Virus record (IMG/VR): IMGVR_UViG_2740892027_000001
DNA: 39,684 nucleotides
Origin: a virus
Lineage: Duplodnaviria > Heunggongvirae > Uroviricota > Caudoviricetes
Strand: one strand, 5' to 3'
Shown: piece after piece, positions 7,275 through 18,532 of the stretch
Layout: each line of letters starts with the position of its first letter
Numbering within the stretch: position 1 is the stretch's first letter
Notes under the pieces: model-generated
Databases searched by the model: none
Told to the model about the DNA's origin: nothing
Seen by the model: the letters and a program-made list of their open reading frames with translations, nothing else
Translations under genes and position numbers: made by a program

Positions 7275-9749
7275 TTATTGCGGAGTGACATCCTGAGGTC
7301 GCCACCAGTATGTCTGGTTAAACTCTTTCTTCGAACGTTGCTCCATTTTACGCAAATAGCCTGGTGAAAAATACTCCTGCATCTGGTTAAAGATCATGTG
7401 ATCAAGAGCTGCCTTCAAGTACCAGAGATTCGCACCTGGCATCAGCCCTTTCCCAAGTTTCACCAGATCACCACCAGTCTGCTCGTTCTTCCCTTCCACA
7501 GCATTTAATGGTATGCCCTGAGCTATCTTCACTACGTCATCAATCAGGCCAGCTACCGGGCCAAGCATCGACGCCAGCGCGCCGCTTCCGTACCTAGTGT
7601 GATCTGACAATAAAAAGTCACCGTAAAGGCCAAGACCACCACCTTTCAGTAGAGCACCAAGCCAAAATTTAGCAGCATCTTCTCCTGTCATCTCGCGAGG
7701 ATTACGACCAGACGCAAGGTCGTTAAGTTGCTGCGACAAAGCGCCAAGAATGGTCGTACTGGCAATAAACGTCGCAATATATGCCGCACGCCCACCAGCA
7801 GACGGCATACCCATAGCGCGTGACCAGTGACGCATAACCACCGAGATAGGGAACGATTTAAACAGGAAAACACTTCTCGTTAATTCACCTTTCCATGTTC
7901 CACGCTGAATACCAGAACCGGTTATCAGTTGCTCACGTGCTCCCGGTGTAATAACAGCCATATCAACTTCTTCAGTTACGGCACCGAGCAGTTTACGCAT
8001 TGCCTCAAATTTCACGCGTTCAGGCTCACCAAGATGTTTAACTGCTGAATCAGGGATACGCATAATGCTTTCCGGTGTCAGCATCGTATTATTACCGTTC
8101 CCCCAGTCCTCCTGTTGCGCCAGCTTCCATACGCTCCAGTCTGTGTCAGTAATCCCTTTGCTTTTCAGGATACGAAAATCAGAGTCATCGAGGCTACGAA
8201 GGTCTGGTGTCCGTGACACTACTTCTCCCAGGCTTCCCATCATGGTTACGCCATAGGCGCGCTTGTGCGCATCTGACCATGCTGTAAGCCCACTGGCACG
8301 CATTACCGCCGTTGCTGCCCAACGAGACACTGACGGCCCCATATTATCCATCGCCCAGCGGTTAACGCTGCCAAGTAGAGATTCCATTGCCAGACCAGCG
8401 CGGCGCGCCCGCGCAAGTTCTGTACGGTTCGTTGGGTCCATAGCTTCAAGCTGGTTGCGGAATAACTGGTTCATTGGAAGGTTGGTCACCTTCGCAGACA
8501 GATACATGGTTCCAAGATCAGAGAACGATGATAGCAACGCGGATCCGAGTCTGCTGGCAACCAGCCAGTTGCGGATATTGTCAGACCATCGCGCGATGTG
8601 CGGATTCGCTACAGGCTGTGTCTTTCCGGAAATAAAGTTGTACAGATTCTCTGTGTTGTTCGCCAGCCGCTCGACTTTACCGGTTTTACTCGGGTTAGCT
8701 GTTGCCGTTTCTGCCTTAACCTGATCAAGAAGGGAGCGGAAAACATGATCGGGGTTTGGACCATATGTTTCCACCAGAGCAATATCTTTACTGATACCTT
8801 CCAGGTGACCGACCATGATTTCCCATAGAGAGCGATCGCCATAAAGTTGTTGATATTGGAGATAGGAATCAGCATCTTTGAAATGTATCTGTCGTGATGC
8901 ATTACCACGGTTAGCACGTGCGCCGGAAATTCGCATTCCGGTATCAGTAAGCTTATTCAGCCCACCAGTAGCGATCGTGTTATAAGCCTCTCCAAGAAAT
9001 GCAGACAACTCGGCACCGTTCATCAGTTGTCCATCGGCTCGGGTATAATATTTGCGATCCAGCTTACCTATAACATCGTTAACCCACTTATCCTTTGATA
9101 CCGCCCCAACCTTTTCCATAGAATGATGTTGAGGGATCCCCCAGTTTTCGAGATAGCCAATGTCCCCACCAGCATCATTAAACCGGCGGCGCAGCAGCTC
9201 TGTAACTTCTCTCCACGCCTTAGCACCTTTTCTTGCTTTAGCATTGCCAGTATTTTGCCCCCGCATTTCATATACCAGGTCACGTACGCCCGCTTCATCT
9301 TCAAACAGACCAAAAAAGCGAGGATCAACTGCTTCGAATGCCTCCTGCAATTGACTCAATGCATAATCACGGGTGGCTTTTGTTCTGGATTCAACAGAGA
9401 GGAAATTAGATTTACCGTCTGCATTAAAAGCTATAGTACGGTTAAGAGCGCCAAGTTTCCCATCAGCCCCTTGATAGCTATTGATAAATTTATCCAATCT
9501 CTGACGCGCGGCTATAGTGAGAGCCACACGACGTTTCTTTAATGCCGCTTCTCGCTGTAATTCTTCAGATGCCAATTGTGCTGCTCGATATAGCCGCTCT
9601 GATTCGGAAAGTTGTCGCCACGACATCGGGTCATCACGAGCAATGGAGCGCATATTTCGATAAATGCGGTCTTCAATGTTCTGTATTTCTCGCGCCGTTA
9701 ACATGCGCTGCGCCGCCTGCTGAACCGCCTGTATACATTCCTGTCTCAT
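7275..9749 (-). CDS. Internal virion (ejection/core) protein, large
   Basis: 824 aa; position in a T7-like gp14-gp16 block after the tail tube genes; no enzymatic motif confirmed. Confidence 0.55.
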   Translation of the reverse strand: MRQECIQAVQQAAQRMLTAREIQNIEDRIYRNMRSIARDDPMSWRQLSESERLYRAAQLASEELQREAALKKRRVALTIAARQRLDKFINSYQGADGKLGALNRTIAFNADGKSNFLSVESRTKATRDYALSQLQEAFEAVDPRFFGLFEDEAGVRDLVYEMRGQNTGNAKARKGAKAWREVTELLRRRFNDAGGDIGYLENWGIPQHHSMEKVGAVSKDKWVNDVIGKLDRKYYTRADGQLMNGAELSAFLGEAYNTIATGGLNKLTDTGMRISGARANRGNASRQIHFKDADSYLQYQQLYGDRSLWEIMVGHLEGISKDIALVETYGPNPDHVFRSLLDQVKAETATANPSKTGKVERLANNTENLYNFISGKTQPVANPHIARWSDNIRNWLVASRLGSALLSSFSDLGTMYLSAKVTNLPMNQLFRNQLEAMDPTNRTELARARRAGLAMESLLGSVNRWAMDNMGPSVSRWAATAVMRASGLTAWSDAHKRAYGVTMMGSLGEVVSRTPDLRSLDDSDFRILKSKGITDTDWSVWKLAQQEDWGNGNNTMLTPESIMRIPDSAVKHLGEPERVKFEAMRKLLGAVTEEVDMAVITPGAREQLITGSGIQRGTWKGELTRSVFLFKSFPISVVMRHWSRAMGMPSAGGRAAYIATFIASTTILGALSQQLNDLASGRNPREMTGEDAAKFWLGALLKGGGLGLYGDFLLSDHTRYGSGALASMLGPVAGLIDDVVKIAQGIPLNAVEGKNEQTGGDLVKLGKGLMPGANLWYLKAALDHMIFNQMQEYFSPGYLRKMEQRSKKEFNQTYWWRPQDVTPQ

Positions 9750-9754
9750 TTAAT

Positions 9755-11557
9755 TTAACCTCTCAAGAAACACGCCACAGCGACATCAAACAGGCTGGAA
9801 TCCTGTATTGCCTGCTCACTTTCCCTGTTCGCTTCATCCAGTACTTCACGCGCACTGCGCGATTGTGGATTACCATCATCATCCAGCACGGTGATTATCA
9901 TGTCAGGTGATTCAAGCAGCGAGTCTTCAGCTATACGCAGATCAATATCTCCTGCCGGATCTGCCATCATTTTTTGTTCTGTCTGTTGCAATATCTTACC
10001 GGGCTCAAAAGGAGCTACTTCGTCTGGCGTCCTGACCTCTGCTGTTTTATAGAATGAAACAGCCTGAGCATTAAGTTCACTTTCTGCCTGCTGTCGTCGT
10101 GCCAGTTCTGCTCGAGCTTCAAAAAACTGACCGCCAGGCTCATGCGGTGCCAACGCGTTACGGGAAAATTCCAGGCGCTCTTGTGCCTGCCGGATTCGTT
10201 GGTCAATATCGCGAAGTCTGACCTGTTTATCTGATCGAGCACGAGACAAAGCTTTACCGCTACCGGTTGGCTCTTCTGCAAGAATTTGTGCGCGCTGTTC
10301 AGTGAGATTTTCAATAATTCGTTGGCTATTAGCGATTTCAGACTGGTAAACCTGTCTATCGCCACGCGGCAAAAGCTGCGCGGCCTGTTCTTCAAGCAAC
10401 CGATTTTCTATAGCGCGCGCCGTTACTCCATCATCTACAGATGACAGAGCCTCATTAACTGCCTGAGACAGCAGACTCTTGCGCCCAGGAATTTCACTGA
10501 AAGATGCAGACTCAACAATGCTGGCAACGTCTACAGGTCTCCCCTGGCTAACATCAGACATAGCTTTTCGCAGAGCCTGAATGTGAGAATTGCGCGAAAG
10601 CACGTTGATCGGCACGCCGGGCGCAATATCAATTTCAGCATGATGAGCGGCATTCGCCGCCAGTGCAGCATCAACATCAACTGGTGAAAAATTTGGTGCG
10701 CTTGTAGACTCGCCGCGAGAGTTCATAAATCTGCCGACACCACCAAACGCCACCCCAAGAACAGCATCAATAGCAATTGCCTGTCGATCCAACACATCAT
10801 ACTGGTTAGCCATTTCGCTATAGCCACCATCACGAAGCGTTTTTGCAGTAAGCCCACGCTGTGCCATACCGAACGCAATATTTGTACCTGCGGCATAGGC
10901 AATATCTGGCGTTGCACGCACTGCTGTTGCTGCGGCGCGTCGCACTGAACTTTCACCCGTCCGCGCAAGCTGGGCCGCCACACCTTCCGCCAGCGCACCA
11001 CCAGCACGTAACCCGAGGCTCATAGGGATCAGTGTTCCGGCACCAGCAGTAATACCCTGCACTAATCCCGCTTCCTGCGCCGTCCTGAAATCAACACCCT
11101 GTGCTGTCAGCCGTTCAAACTCAGAAAAACCCTGTAGAGAAGTTACCGCCGCAGCACCTCCGACCGGACCACCGAGCGTTGTACCGACAACAGCCTGCCC
11201 TCCCATATCGAACAACCCATAAAGGACCTGCCCGGCGGTTCCGGTTGTCGCGGCATCAGGCGTCAGCCGCTTAACCTGCTGCTCTGCTAGTTTTCTCTGC
11301 TCAGCAATGTATGAAACTGAAGTGTCATTAAGCGAGGTGTTTTCGTTAACAAACTGAGCAATCGGGGATACGATTTTATCCATCCCTGCCCATAGCAACT
11401 GATCTGGCTTTGCCACCAGCCCGGAGTACAAACCAGACAATGCCGCTCCTACAGCATTGTCGAAAAAACCAACATTGCTGTTAAAGCCAGCTGGATTTGA
11501 TGCTGCTTCGTCAAGCTGCTGATTCTGGCTTACTGGATTAAGGCCAAAGTAACTCAT
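9755..11557 (-). CDS. Internal virion (ejection/core) protein
   Basis: 600 aa, Ala/Gly-rich with coiled-coil C-terminus; co-oriented in internal-protein block. Confidence 0.5.
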   Translation of the reverse strand: MSYFGLNPVSQNQQLDEAASNPAGFNSNVGFFDNAVGAALSGLYSGLVAKPDQLLWAGMDKIVSPIAQFVNENTSLNDTSVSYIAEQRKLAEQQVKRLTPDAATTGTAGQVLYGLFDMGGQAVVGTTLGGPVGGAAAVTSLQGFSEFERLTAQGVDFRTAQEAGLVQGITAGAGTLIPMSLGLRAGGALAEGVAAQLARTGESSVRRAAATAVRATPDIAYAAGTNIAFGMAQRGLTAKTLRDGGYSEMANQYDVLDRQAIAIDAVLGVAFGGVGRFMNSRGESTSAPNFSPVDVDAALAANAAHHAEIDIAPGVPINVLSRNSHIQALRKAMSDVSQGRPVDVASIVESASFSEIPGRKSLLSQAVNEALSSVDDGVTARAIENRLLEEQAAQLLPRGDRQVYQSEIANSQRIIENLTEQRAQILAEEPTGSGKALSRARSDKQVRLRDIDQRIRQAQERLEFSRNALAPHEPGGQFFEARAELARRQQAESELNAQAVSFYKTAEVRTPDEVAPFEPGKILQQTEQKMMADPAGDIDLRIAEDSLLESPDMIITVLDDDGNPQSRSAREVLDEANRESEQAIQDSSLFDVAVACFLRG

Positions 11558-14067
11558 TGCGGAATATCTCCGGAGAATCTCTGACGTTTCTGTGTCAGAT
11601 TAAGAACAACGGGAGAACCATCATCTTTCAGCAGATAACCAGTACCAAGTTTCACCAGGTACTGACTATCGCCGTAACTTTGCAAACCATACTGACCAGG
11701 CGGTGTTTTTATCCCGGAGCCGACAACTTGTTCATTCCAAGCCTGATTAACCTGCTTATCGAATTGCTCTGCAGACATTCCCCACGGCAAAAGGACATTC
11801 CCCATTCCGTTATAGTCATGCACGCCACCTGTAGCTACGTTAACAGCCTGTTTCCAGACATCATTGTCAATTTCGCCTGATACCACGCCTTTTTTCGCCA
11901 TCACACCAGCGTAATAGTCCTTTGCGATCTCGTATGCCATTGATGCCCCCTGAGCATCACCAGCAAATGCATCCTTCACCATGTCAGAAAACTCAAGGCG
12001 AAGATCAGCATCTTTAGGCATCGGAATACCTTTCGCATCATCAGTACCTTTACGAGCCGCCGCGCCAGCAAGAATTGTCTGCGCAGCGGTTTCAGGAGAC
12101 ACGGAAACATCCGGATTAAACCAGTTTTTTTCTGCCAAAATACCACCAGGCTTGTCCATCAGTATCCCGGCAACGGCAGCAGATGGAGCGTTGGCACTGA
12201 TCTGCTGTAGTGCTGACATATACACCTGCCCACCACCAGTGCTCTGCCTGATGGTATCGAGATATGCTGCCTGTTGGGAAACTGGAGCATCACGAAAGAA
12301 AACACCGATCTGATTGGCCTCGTCTTTGGAAAAGAACGTCAGTGGAGTGCCATATGACTTAGCAAGGTCACTGACCTGAGCAGCACGCAAGGCAACGCTC
12401 TGTCCAAAGTTATCCTTATTGCTCATGTCGATAGGCTTTGCCTGTCCGGCGGCAAGAGAGAACTGTACAGGATCAGCCTGTCTCTGCTTTATCACCTGAC
12501 TTGCAGCAGACACAACGTTGTCATAAAGAGCGGCTCGTGCCGCATAACCCTCCCCTGTCTCACCAGTATCCGGGCGTAATTGCTCAACATATGCTGTAAT
12601 GCTGCTTGTCGGCATGTTGCGGAAAGAGCCTATATACTGTCCGGCGATTTGCGTATTTCTGAACTCGGTATATCGCAGGTTTCCTTCTCTGACTCCATAA
12701 GCTGCAATAAAATCAGCCTCACCAGGTGGGTTAGGAAATTCAACGCCACGCATATACGCAGCTGTCGCATCGCGAACTTGGCTGTCAATCATCGTTTTAT
12801 ATTCAGCCTGCTGCTGCCGACGCAGTTGATCCGCCTGTCGCATAAAACTTGCCTGCGCCTCAGGAGATGCCGCATCGAATGCTGCATTACCGGTATAGCG
12901 TTTGGTGTTGGTTGGAATTGTTGATAAACCAAGTGCTGCACTGACACCAGCAGTTAACTGCTGATCACTGTATGGCTGGCTACCGTTCTCATGATGGATA
13001 ATGGCTGCACAAAGCGCCTTCAGGGTATCAGGATTAGATGCATCGAGAGGCTCATCAGCAGAAACGCCAAGTTGTTCGCACACTGCTTTGATATACGACA
13101 TAGTGTCATTTTTATCAGTAGGCGGTGCCCAGCGATTAATTATCTCGCTGACGGTATCAATACCCTGTCTCTGATACGACATCAGGTTCCGCCCTAATGC
13201 ACGAATCCCGTGTTCAGGTGTTTCGAATTTAGCAAATCGACCATCATCACCGGTCTGGCCTACCCACGGATTGGTTTTGCTGTATTCGAGATTTCCTGGG
13301 TTATTGTTGCGTATGCCACGGGCACGCTCGGAAGAATCACTATCTGCTACAGCACGGCGAGCTCCAGCAGCAGTATCACTTAACTCGCCATTACTTTGGA
13401 TGAATGCGGTCGCATTGTTTGCCGACCACTGGGACAATGCTGCATCAGCAACCTTCTCTTTAAACTCGATTTTCTTGGCCTGGATTTGCTCGTCGCTCCA
13501 GCCATGCGCAATGCCGTAATCCTCAATTTGCTGGAAAGTTTGCTTATTAGCCAATACGTATGCGGCGTTGTCGCCATACAATGCTGCGGCATTTTTACCA
13601 TTGTTCAGCAGCGTAGCCTGAAACTGGCCTTCTTCGTAGGCATTTATTTGCCCTATCTCGTGCCGCCCGGCCTGCGTAGTGAACTGAATGCGCTGCTGCT
13701 GCGCCTGCTGCATGAAAGCATTACGAGCCTGTTCATCCGGCAGCGACATAGCCAGTTGCTCGACCTTGGCATCAAACTGCTGCGTATACTCCTGACCTTT
13801 TCCAATAGCATTTTTCCCTTTCAGGTTAAGCAAACCTGTTTCAGGGTTATTCAGCAGATCGCTGCTTATCTGGCTTAAGCTAAGAGAAGCATCCTGAGCC
13901 ATAGCAACATTCGCACGCTGTTTTGCCTGCGCAATAATACCTGCATATTGCTCTGCAACATCGCCAAGTACATCACCGACATTTGGTGTCTGAAACGATG
14001 AGAATCCCTGCGTCGAAATCCCTCTGCTCTGAACCTGACGGCCCGATGTTGTTGGTACAACTGGCAT
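11554..14067 (-). CDS. Internal virion (ejection/core) protein with conserved central domain
   Basis: 837 aa; central block RGIRNNNPGNLEYSK...FETPEHGIRALGRNLMSYQ looks like a conserved globular domain; overlaps neighbours by 4 nt. Confidence 0.55.
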   Translation of the reverse strand: MPVVPTTSGRQVQSRGISTQGFSSFQTPNVGDVLGDVAEQYAGIIAQAKQRANVAMAQDASLSLSQISSDLLNNPETGLLNLKGKNAIGKGQEYTQQFDAKVEQLAMSLPDEQARNAFMQQAQQQRIQFTTQAGRHEIGQINAYEEGQFQATLLNNGKNAAALYGDNAAYVLANKQTFQQIEDYGIAHGWSDEQIQAKKIEFKEKVADAALSQWSANNATAFIQSNGELSDTAAGARRAVADSDSSERARGIRNNNPGNLEYSKTNPWVGQTGDDGRFAKFETPEHGIRALGRNLMSYQRQGIDTVSEIINRWAPPTDKNDTMSYIKAVCEQLGVSADEPLDASNPDTLKALCAAIIHHENGSQPYSDQQLTAGVSAALGLSTIPTNTKRYTGNAAFDAASPEAQASFMRQADQLRRQQQAEYKTMIDSQVRDATAAYMRGVEFPNPPGEADFIAAYGVREGNLRYTEFRNTQIAGQYIGSFRNMPTSSITAYVEQLRPDTGETGEGYAARAALYDNVVSAASQVIKQRQADPVQFSLAAGQAKPIDMSNKDNFGQSVALRAAQVSDLAKSYGTPLTFFSKDEANQIGVFFRDAPVSQQAAYLDTIRQSTGGGQVYMSALQQISANAPSAAVAGILMDKPGGILAEKNWFNPDVSVSPETAAQTILAGAAARKGTDDAKGIPMPKDADLRLEFSDMVKDAFAGDAQGASMAYEIAKDYYAGVMAKKGVVSGEIDNDVWKQAVNVATGGVHDYNGMGNVLLPWGMSAEQFDKQVNQAWNEQVVGSGIKTPPGQYGLQSYGDSQYLVKLGTGYLLKDDGSPVVLNLTQKRQRFSGDIPQ

Positions 14068-14079
14068 CTTATTATCCCC

Positions 14080-14619
14080 TTATCGACCGGTTGGAGTGCC
14101 AACAGCAGCAGAAATCGGCGCAGCCTTCTGAGAGAATGGGCTCCACGTTCCTCCGCCCATCTGGTATGCACCGTATGCTTTTAGTGGTGCCGTTAACAAA
14201 GTGCTGGTCATCGATGATTTAGCAGCCGACTGAGCAGCAGCCCCCTGTGCCTGAGCATTCATTCCCTGAACCTGATACCCATATGCCTCACGCTGAGCAT
14301 TATTCACTGTCGTTAACGCATCAAGAGTGCCGAACTGAGCATTATCCGCAAAAACGTCAAGAGCTGTTCCGCTACTTAATTCCGCACCGGTAGCCCCCAT
14401 AGTGGCCGCCGCAGTGCCTGAGCGTTGACGCATTTCACGACGACGCTGATCCGCTTCAATATTCCCACGATTGATTGAATCCTGTGCCTGAGCTTCAGCA
14501 ATTTCAGCATTCCGATCAGCTATGGCTGACTGGTATTTTGCCTGCTTGCTCTGGCTGTACATTGACGCGGCTGTGGATGCCACTGTGACGGCAACCAAAG
14601 CGATGGCTGGGTTACACAT
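14080..14619 (-). CDS. Internal virion protein (gp14-like position), N-terminal hydrophobic segment
   Basis: 179 aa, Ala/Gln-rich, N-terminal hydrophobic helix; position. Confidence 0.45.
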   Translation of the reverse strand: MCNPAIALVAVTVASTAASMYSQSKQAKYQSAIADRNAEIAEAQAQDSINRGNIEADQRRREMRQRSGTAAATMGATGAELSSGTALDVFADNAQFGTLDALTTVNNAQREAYGYQVQGMNAQAQGAAAQSAAKSSMTSTLLTAPLKAYGAYQMGGGTWSPFSQKAAPISAAVGTPTGR

Positions 14620-15083
14620 TATTTTCTCTCCATGTGAAATCTGTGGAAATAAAGACCAAGAGCTCCATAAGGCGCGGCTTCTTCAAGCCTGAATCCAAGC
14701 CAGTGCAGCCATGCTTTGGCAACATGGTTTCGCTCGTCGACGTAGTTTTCCAGGCGCGGATAAACTGCCAGCATCTGCTGCAATACAGGGCGGCAGTGGC
14801 GCAGAAATGTCTTCTGATATTTTTCAATACGGCTGGTTCCTACCAGCCAGGGCGTACCATTGCCACCGATCATTGACGCCGGAGATACACCAAACATGGT
14901 TACCAGTTCTCCGTTCGCGAACCCTGACCAGGCCATAGTCGCAGTGCGAAGACCAACAAGCAGCGCATCTTCGGTAGTCATCAGCGATACCGCATACAGT
15001 TCGTCAATATCAGCCTGACGAACATCCGGCAAAATCATCTGAAGATGCTCTTCGGTGGCGGGAATAATTCGAACATCGATCAT
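14619..15083 (-). CDS. Virion-associated protein (gp13-like position)
   Basis: 154 aa; between tail tube B gene and internal protein genes. Confidence 0.45.
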   Translation of the reverse strand: MIDVRIIPATEEHLQMILPDVRQADIDELYAVSLMTTEDALLVGLRTATMAWSGFANGELVTMFGVSPASMIGGNGTPWLVGTSRIEKYQKTFLRHCRPVLQQMLAVYPRLENYVDERNHVAKAWLHWLGFRLEEAAPYGALGLYFHRFHMERK

Positions 15084-17554
15084 CAGAACCCCCCAACAGT
15101 AAGGCGAGGAATAACGGCAAGAACAGACAGCGGCAACGGGTCAAGCTGACGGATTCTTACACGTCCGTTTTTGCCCCAGTTACTGTCCAGTTTCACTTCT
15201 ACTTTTCCGGTAGCGTCATCAACAGGATCATCGTAGAACTCGAATTCACGCTGTGGATATTCGTACCATTTACCGCCGGGCGTAGTCGCCCAGATGCCGC
15301 GACTGGCATTCACAACCAGAGTAACTGACGGGATCGCCTGTTTTTTGTCCAGCAGCGTTTCCTGTCCGTTAATGTTGATATCCAGTGTTTCGAATTCAGC
15401 AGTTATTGGCAGGCCGATGTGCACAACAGCCCCCGGTGATTCCAGCGTGACGGCACCTCCGGAAACCACTTTTTGTGGTTCCACGTTCGCATCAGAGAGG
15501 ATGTTTACGGTCTGGCCTTCAAGATGAGACAAGCCGCCAAATGTCCGGCGCGCCATCTGCCAGTTCGTGGTGGCCGCATTCCTGAGGGATGGCGGGACGT
15601 TCCTGTTGGCACGAACAACTACAGCGGTATTGCTTGTTACAGAAATAATGTCGCAACGTAATTCTTTTGACACTTCATCGCCAGTACCAGGATCAGTTAC
15701 GGTATAAGGGAACTGTAGTTGCGCACCGACATCACTACTGGTGAAGTACGCACCACCAGAAACACTGATTGTATATTCCGCGCTGTAATCCCATTCACCA
15801 GAACCACCAGTGATGGTCATCGTTCTGTCAGACGTATTTCTTCCATCATAGCTAAGGCCAGAATCAACAAAGAAAGCATCTTCATCGCTGGTAAATAAAC
15901 GGCTGGACAGTCTCTCGATGTATCTCACTGTTTGCCCGTTAACGATTCGGTTAACGACGAAATACACCGCATCTTCATTTCCTTCGCTGATACTGCATGT
16001 GCTTTCATATTTTCCGGTACTGGACTGTGGTGCCCATGCAAAAACCTGTTGATCACGCAAATAGGTCATCACCAGTAATTTACCGTCATCACGAATGCAG
16101 AAGGCGCTGGAGTAAGGGACAATAGAGAAGCACCAGTCAACAATGCTGTGCTTCTGAAAAAGATGATTAGCAAGGATGGTCAGGTCGTTCCCCTGATAGC
16201 CGTCAACATCGAATGAGTAGGCCAGATCACGGACAACGCTGCCTTTCTCCTGGACGAACAGAGCAATATTCGCCACAGCAATTGGTGGGACGTTGCTTGA
16301 GCCATTTGATCCCTGAGAGCTGAATGCAAATGATGATGGGGTTAACACTTTGTTCTGGTCGCCGGTGATGACGTACTCACCTCCGGAAGTCAGTGCCACC
16401 AGCGAACCGACATCAATCAGGTGGCGGATCTCATTAACCTGACGCCCGGCATAGGTGTAGATAATTCTGTCGTCATCCTGCGTAGGATTGCTTTTGCCAA
16501 AATCCTTATAATCCCCGGTACGGCTGGCCCAGATAGTCTGAGGGAACGCAGTCGATGCGGCGAAGTAAAGACGTTGTTGATAATAAACAACAGTGCCAGG
16601 ATAACCATTAACACTGTTCCAGGCATATTTAGCCCATTTATAGCTGGCATTATCCTCGCCAACGACCTGCGAAGGGATATAGGAAATCACCTCGGCAGTT
16701 GCAGTAGTGCCATTTACAGCAGTTATACGGGCAATGCCAAAACCACTGTGCAGATACTCCCACTCAATGCCAGTATCATCATCACCGGAGCCGCCCCAGC
16801 CATCCCATGATGTGCCTTCTGTATGCGAAGGGCGCAAAGTGCCTGTTTTGCCTGCTGTAACGGCGCGATAGTAGTTACTGTCTGCACGGCGAATATCGCC
16901 AATCGACGTACTCTTACTGGTTTCCCATACCGGTACTGAATCCACTGCTGGCTGTTCCAGATAGAACAATTTGCCTACCTGCTCCGCGCCAAAAATAGAG
17001 GCGCTTGCCGTTAACGTAATTGTCCCGGTGCTGGCGCTGGCATAAACCGTCACTGACTCGTCAATATTGATATCTTCAAATGGCCCGTTCTTCGTTACCA
17101 CATCAACCAGTTGCCAGTTGTCATGCGCATAGCGGCGCAACTCTTTCGGCGGGTATGCCGGATGAACCAGCGTAAGCACGTCTGCGCTTTGCGTGAATTT
17201 AATTCTGAACAGATCGGCTTCAGTATATGGCGTGGCAATTTCATAAATAACATTGCTGCTGTTCAGCACCAACGCACCATCTTTGATAACGCGCATGTAC
17301 TGGTGTCCGAACTCCAGAGCATAGGTCTGAACCGTCGAGAACTGGAACGGGATCAGGCGGCATTTCCGATTTGGGTATTTGGCGGCACCAACAAAACGCG
17401 TACCAGGTCGATTCTCAACGCCGCCATACTGCCGCACGATAAAGTTATCGCACTTGCGCAATGCCACCTGGTACTTCGCCATGTCGATACGACCATACAA
17501 CGATGGTCCAATCTCACCACCGGCAAAGCTGGGCTGGATCCAACTGATAGCCAT
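15083..17554 (-). CDS. Tail tubular protein B (T7 gp12-like nozzle)
   Basis: 823 aa; segment YQQRLYFAAS...SRTGDYKDF...QDDDRIIY recalls the T7 gp12 core (FRNRLGF...SRTAKYFNF...SDDDPIDV) from memory; position after gp11-like gene. Confidence 0.6.
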   Translation of the reverse strand: MAISWIQPSFAGGEIGPSLYGRIDMAKYQVALRKCDNFIVRQYGGVENRPGTRFVGAAKYPNRKCRLIPFQFSTVQTYALEFGHQYMRVIKDGALVLNSSNVIYEIATPYTEADLFRIKFTQSADVLTLVHPAYPPKELRRYAHDNWQLVDVVTKNGPFEDINIDESVTVYASASTGTITLTASASIFGAEQVGKLFYLEQPAVDSVPVWETSKSTSIGDIRRADSNYYRAVTAGKTGTLRPSHTEGTSWDGWGGSGDDDTGIEWEYLHSGFGIARITAVNGTTATAEVISYIPSQVVGEDNASYKWAKYAWNSVNGYPGTVVYYQQRLYFAASTAFPQTIWASRTGDYKDFGKSNPTQDDDRIIYTYAGRQVNEIRHLIDVGSLVALTSGGEYVITGDQNKVLTPSSFAFSSQGSNGSSNVPPIAVANIALFVQEKGSVVRDLAYSFDVDGYQGNDLTILANHLFQKHSIVDWCFSIVPYSSAFCIRDDGKLLVMTYLRDQQVFAWAPQSSTGKYESTCSISEGNEDAVYFVVNRIVNGQTVRYIERLSSRLFTSDEDAFFVDSGLSYDGRNTSDRTMTITGGSGEWDYSAEYTISVSGGAYFTSSDVGAQLQFPYTVTDPGTGDEVSKELRCDIISVTSNTAVVVRANRNVPPSLRNAATTNWQMARRTFGGLSHLEGQTVNILSDANVEPQKVVSGGAVTLESPGAVVHIGLPITAEFETLDININGQETLLDKKQAIPSVTLVVNASRGIWATTPGGKWYEYPQREFEFYDDPVDDATGKVEVKLDSNWGKNGRVRIRQLDPLPLSVLAVIPRLTVGGF

Positions 17555-18159
17555 CAGGACAACCTCGCAATGGTAAACTCGTCAACCGGTGGCTGTGGTT
17601 CCTGTGATTCATTCTGGCTATGCGAACCAGCACTAAGAATCACGCGATTGTACATATTGAGAGCAAATGTACCGAGATCCGCATTCCCAGTCAGCGCCAT
17701 GTTAATAGCTGCCGCAAGACGCCAGGCCAACGCCTCCATAAAAATGGCATCAAACATGTTCACATCTGAAACGCGAGAGACATACTTGAGCCATGCCTGA
17801 GGCTGGTCTGTGTAGATCAACTTTCCTGTTCCGTTGGTGTCTGCACCAACTTCGTACTGAACGCGCATTGCTGCTGTTGGATTGCGTACACCAGGAAGCA
17901 TAATTTCACTAATGCGCAGACAATCGGACGGGTACTGATACGCATATTCCCAGTCAGGCGGTGGATTGCTCGTATCTGCAAGCGCCACGCGTTTGGTAGC
18001 AAAGTTCCAGTCAAAATCAGAAAGCACAGCATCACGGCAGGCCTCAAAGTGCAGCGAACATTCCCCCGCTTCCTTGCTGGCTTCCGTCAGGCTGTTAATG
18101 CTGCGGCTATTGCCAATATTGGACAGCGCACGATTGCAGATCTCTACTACAGAGGCCAT
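17554..18159 (-). CDS. Tail tubular protein A (T7 gp11-like adaptor)
   Basis: 201 aa (T7 gp11 is 196 aa); immediately upstream of the gp12-like gene with overlapping stop/start. Confidence 0.5.
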   Translation of the reverse strand: MASVVEICNRALSNIGNSRSINSLTEASKEAGECSLHFEACRDAVLSDFDWNFATKRVALADTSNPPPDWEYAYQYPSDCLRISEIMLPGVRNPTAAMRVQYEVGADTNGTGKLIYTDQPQAWLKYVSRVSDVNMFDAIFMEALAWRLAAAINMALTGNADLGTFALNMYNRVILSAGSHSQNESQEPQPPVDEFTIARLS

Positions 18160-18488
18160 TACTCACCCCCATTGCCGTACAGGGTTTCAGCCGCTGATTT
18201 TTCTACATCCCCGGAAACAGGAGCGATCGCCATATCAGTGATCTGCAGATCGGCGCTGCGATTAACACCATCGTCAGTTTCTCTGGCAGACAGGCCTCGA
18301 ATAACAGCCTTTGCAGTTATCATCACTTCTGTTCCGACGCCCTGAGGTTGCGCCTTCAGCTTATTCAATGTGTCGTTATTAAGAGTGATGCACAGCCCCC
18401 ACGGGTATTCATCGCGAGTTCTGGTTTCTCCGCTCTCATCCTGGTAGCTGTCAGTGCCGGTTTTGAGGTTTACGAGTTCCATATACAC
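18159..18488 (-). CDS. Hypothetical virion/assembly protein
   Basis: 109 aa; in structural operon, overlapping start/stop with the gp11-like gene. Confidence 0.45.
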   Translation of the reverse strand: MYMELVNLKTGTDSYQDESGETRTRDEYPWGLCITLNNDTLNKLKAQPQGVGTEVMITAKAVIRGLSARETDDGVNRSADLQITDMAIAPVSGDVEKSAAETLYGNGGE

Positions 18489-18497
18489 TCCTGCAAT

Positions 18498-18520
18498 AAA
18501 GGGGCCGAAGCCCCTTGTCT
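18498..18520 (-). terminator. Putative partial intrinsic terminator within structural operon
   Basis: Minus-strand hairpin AAGGGGC-ttcg-GCCCCTT followed by TATTG, between ORF 18533-18877 and ORF 18159-18488. Confidence 0.35.
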
Positions 18521-18532
18521 GATCCGCGAGGC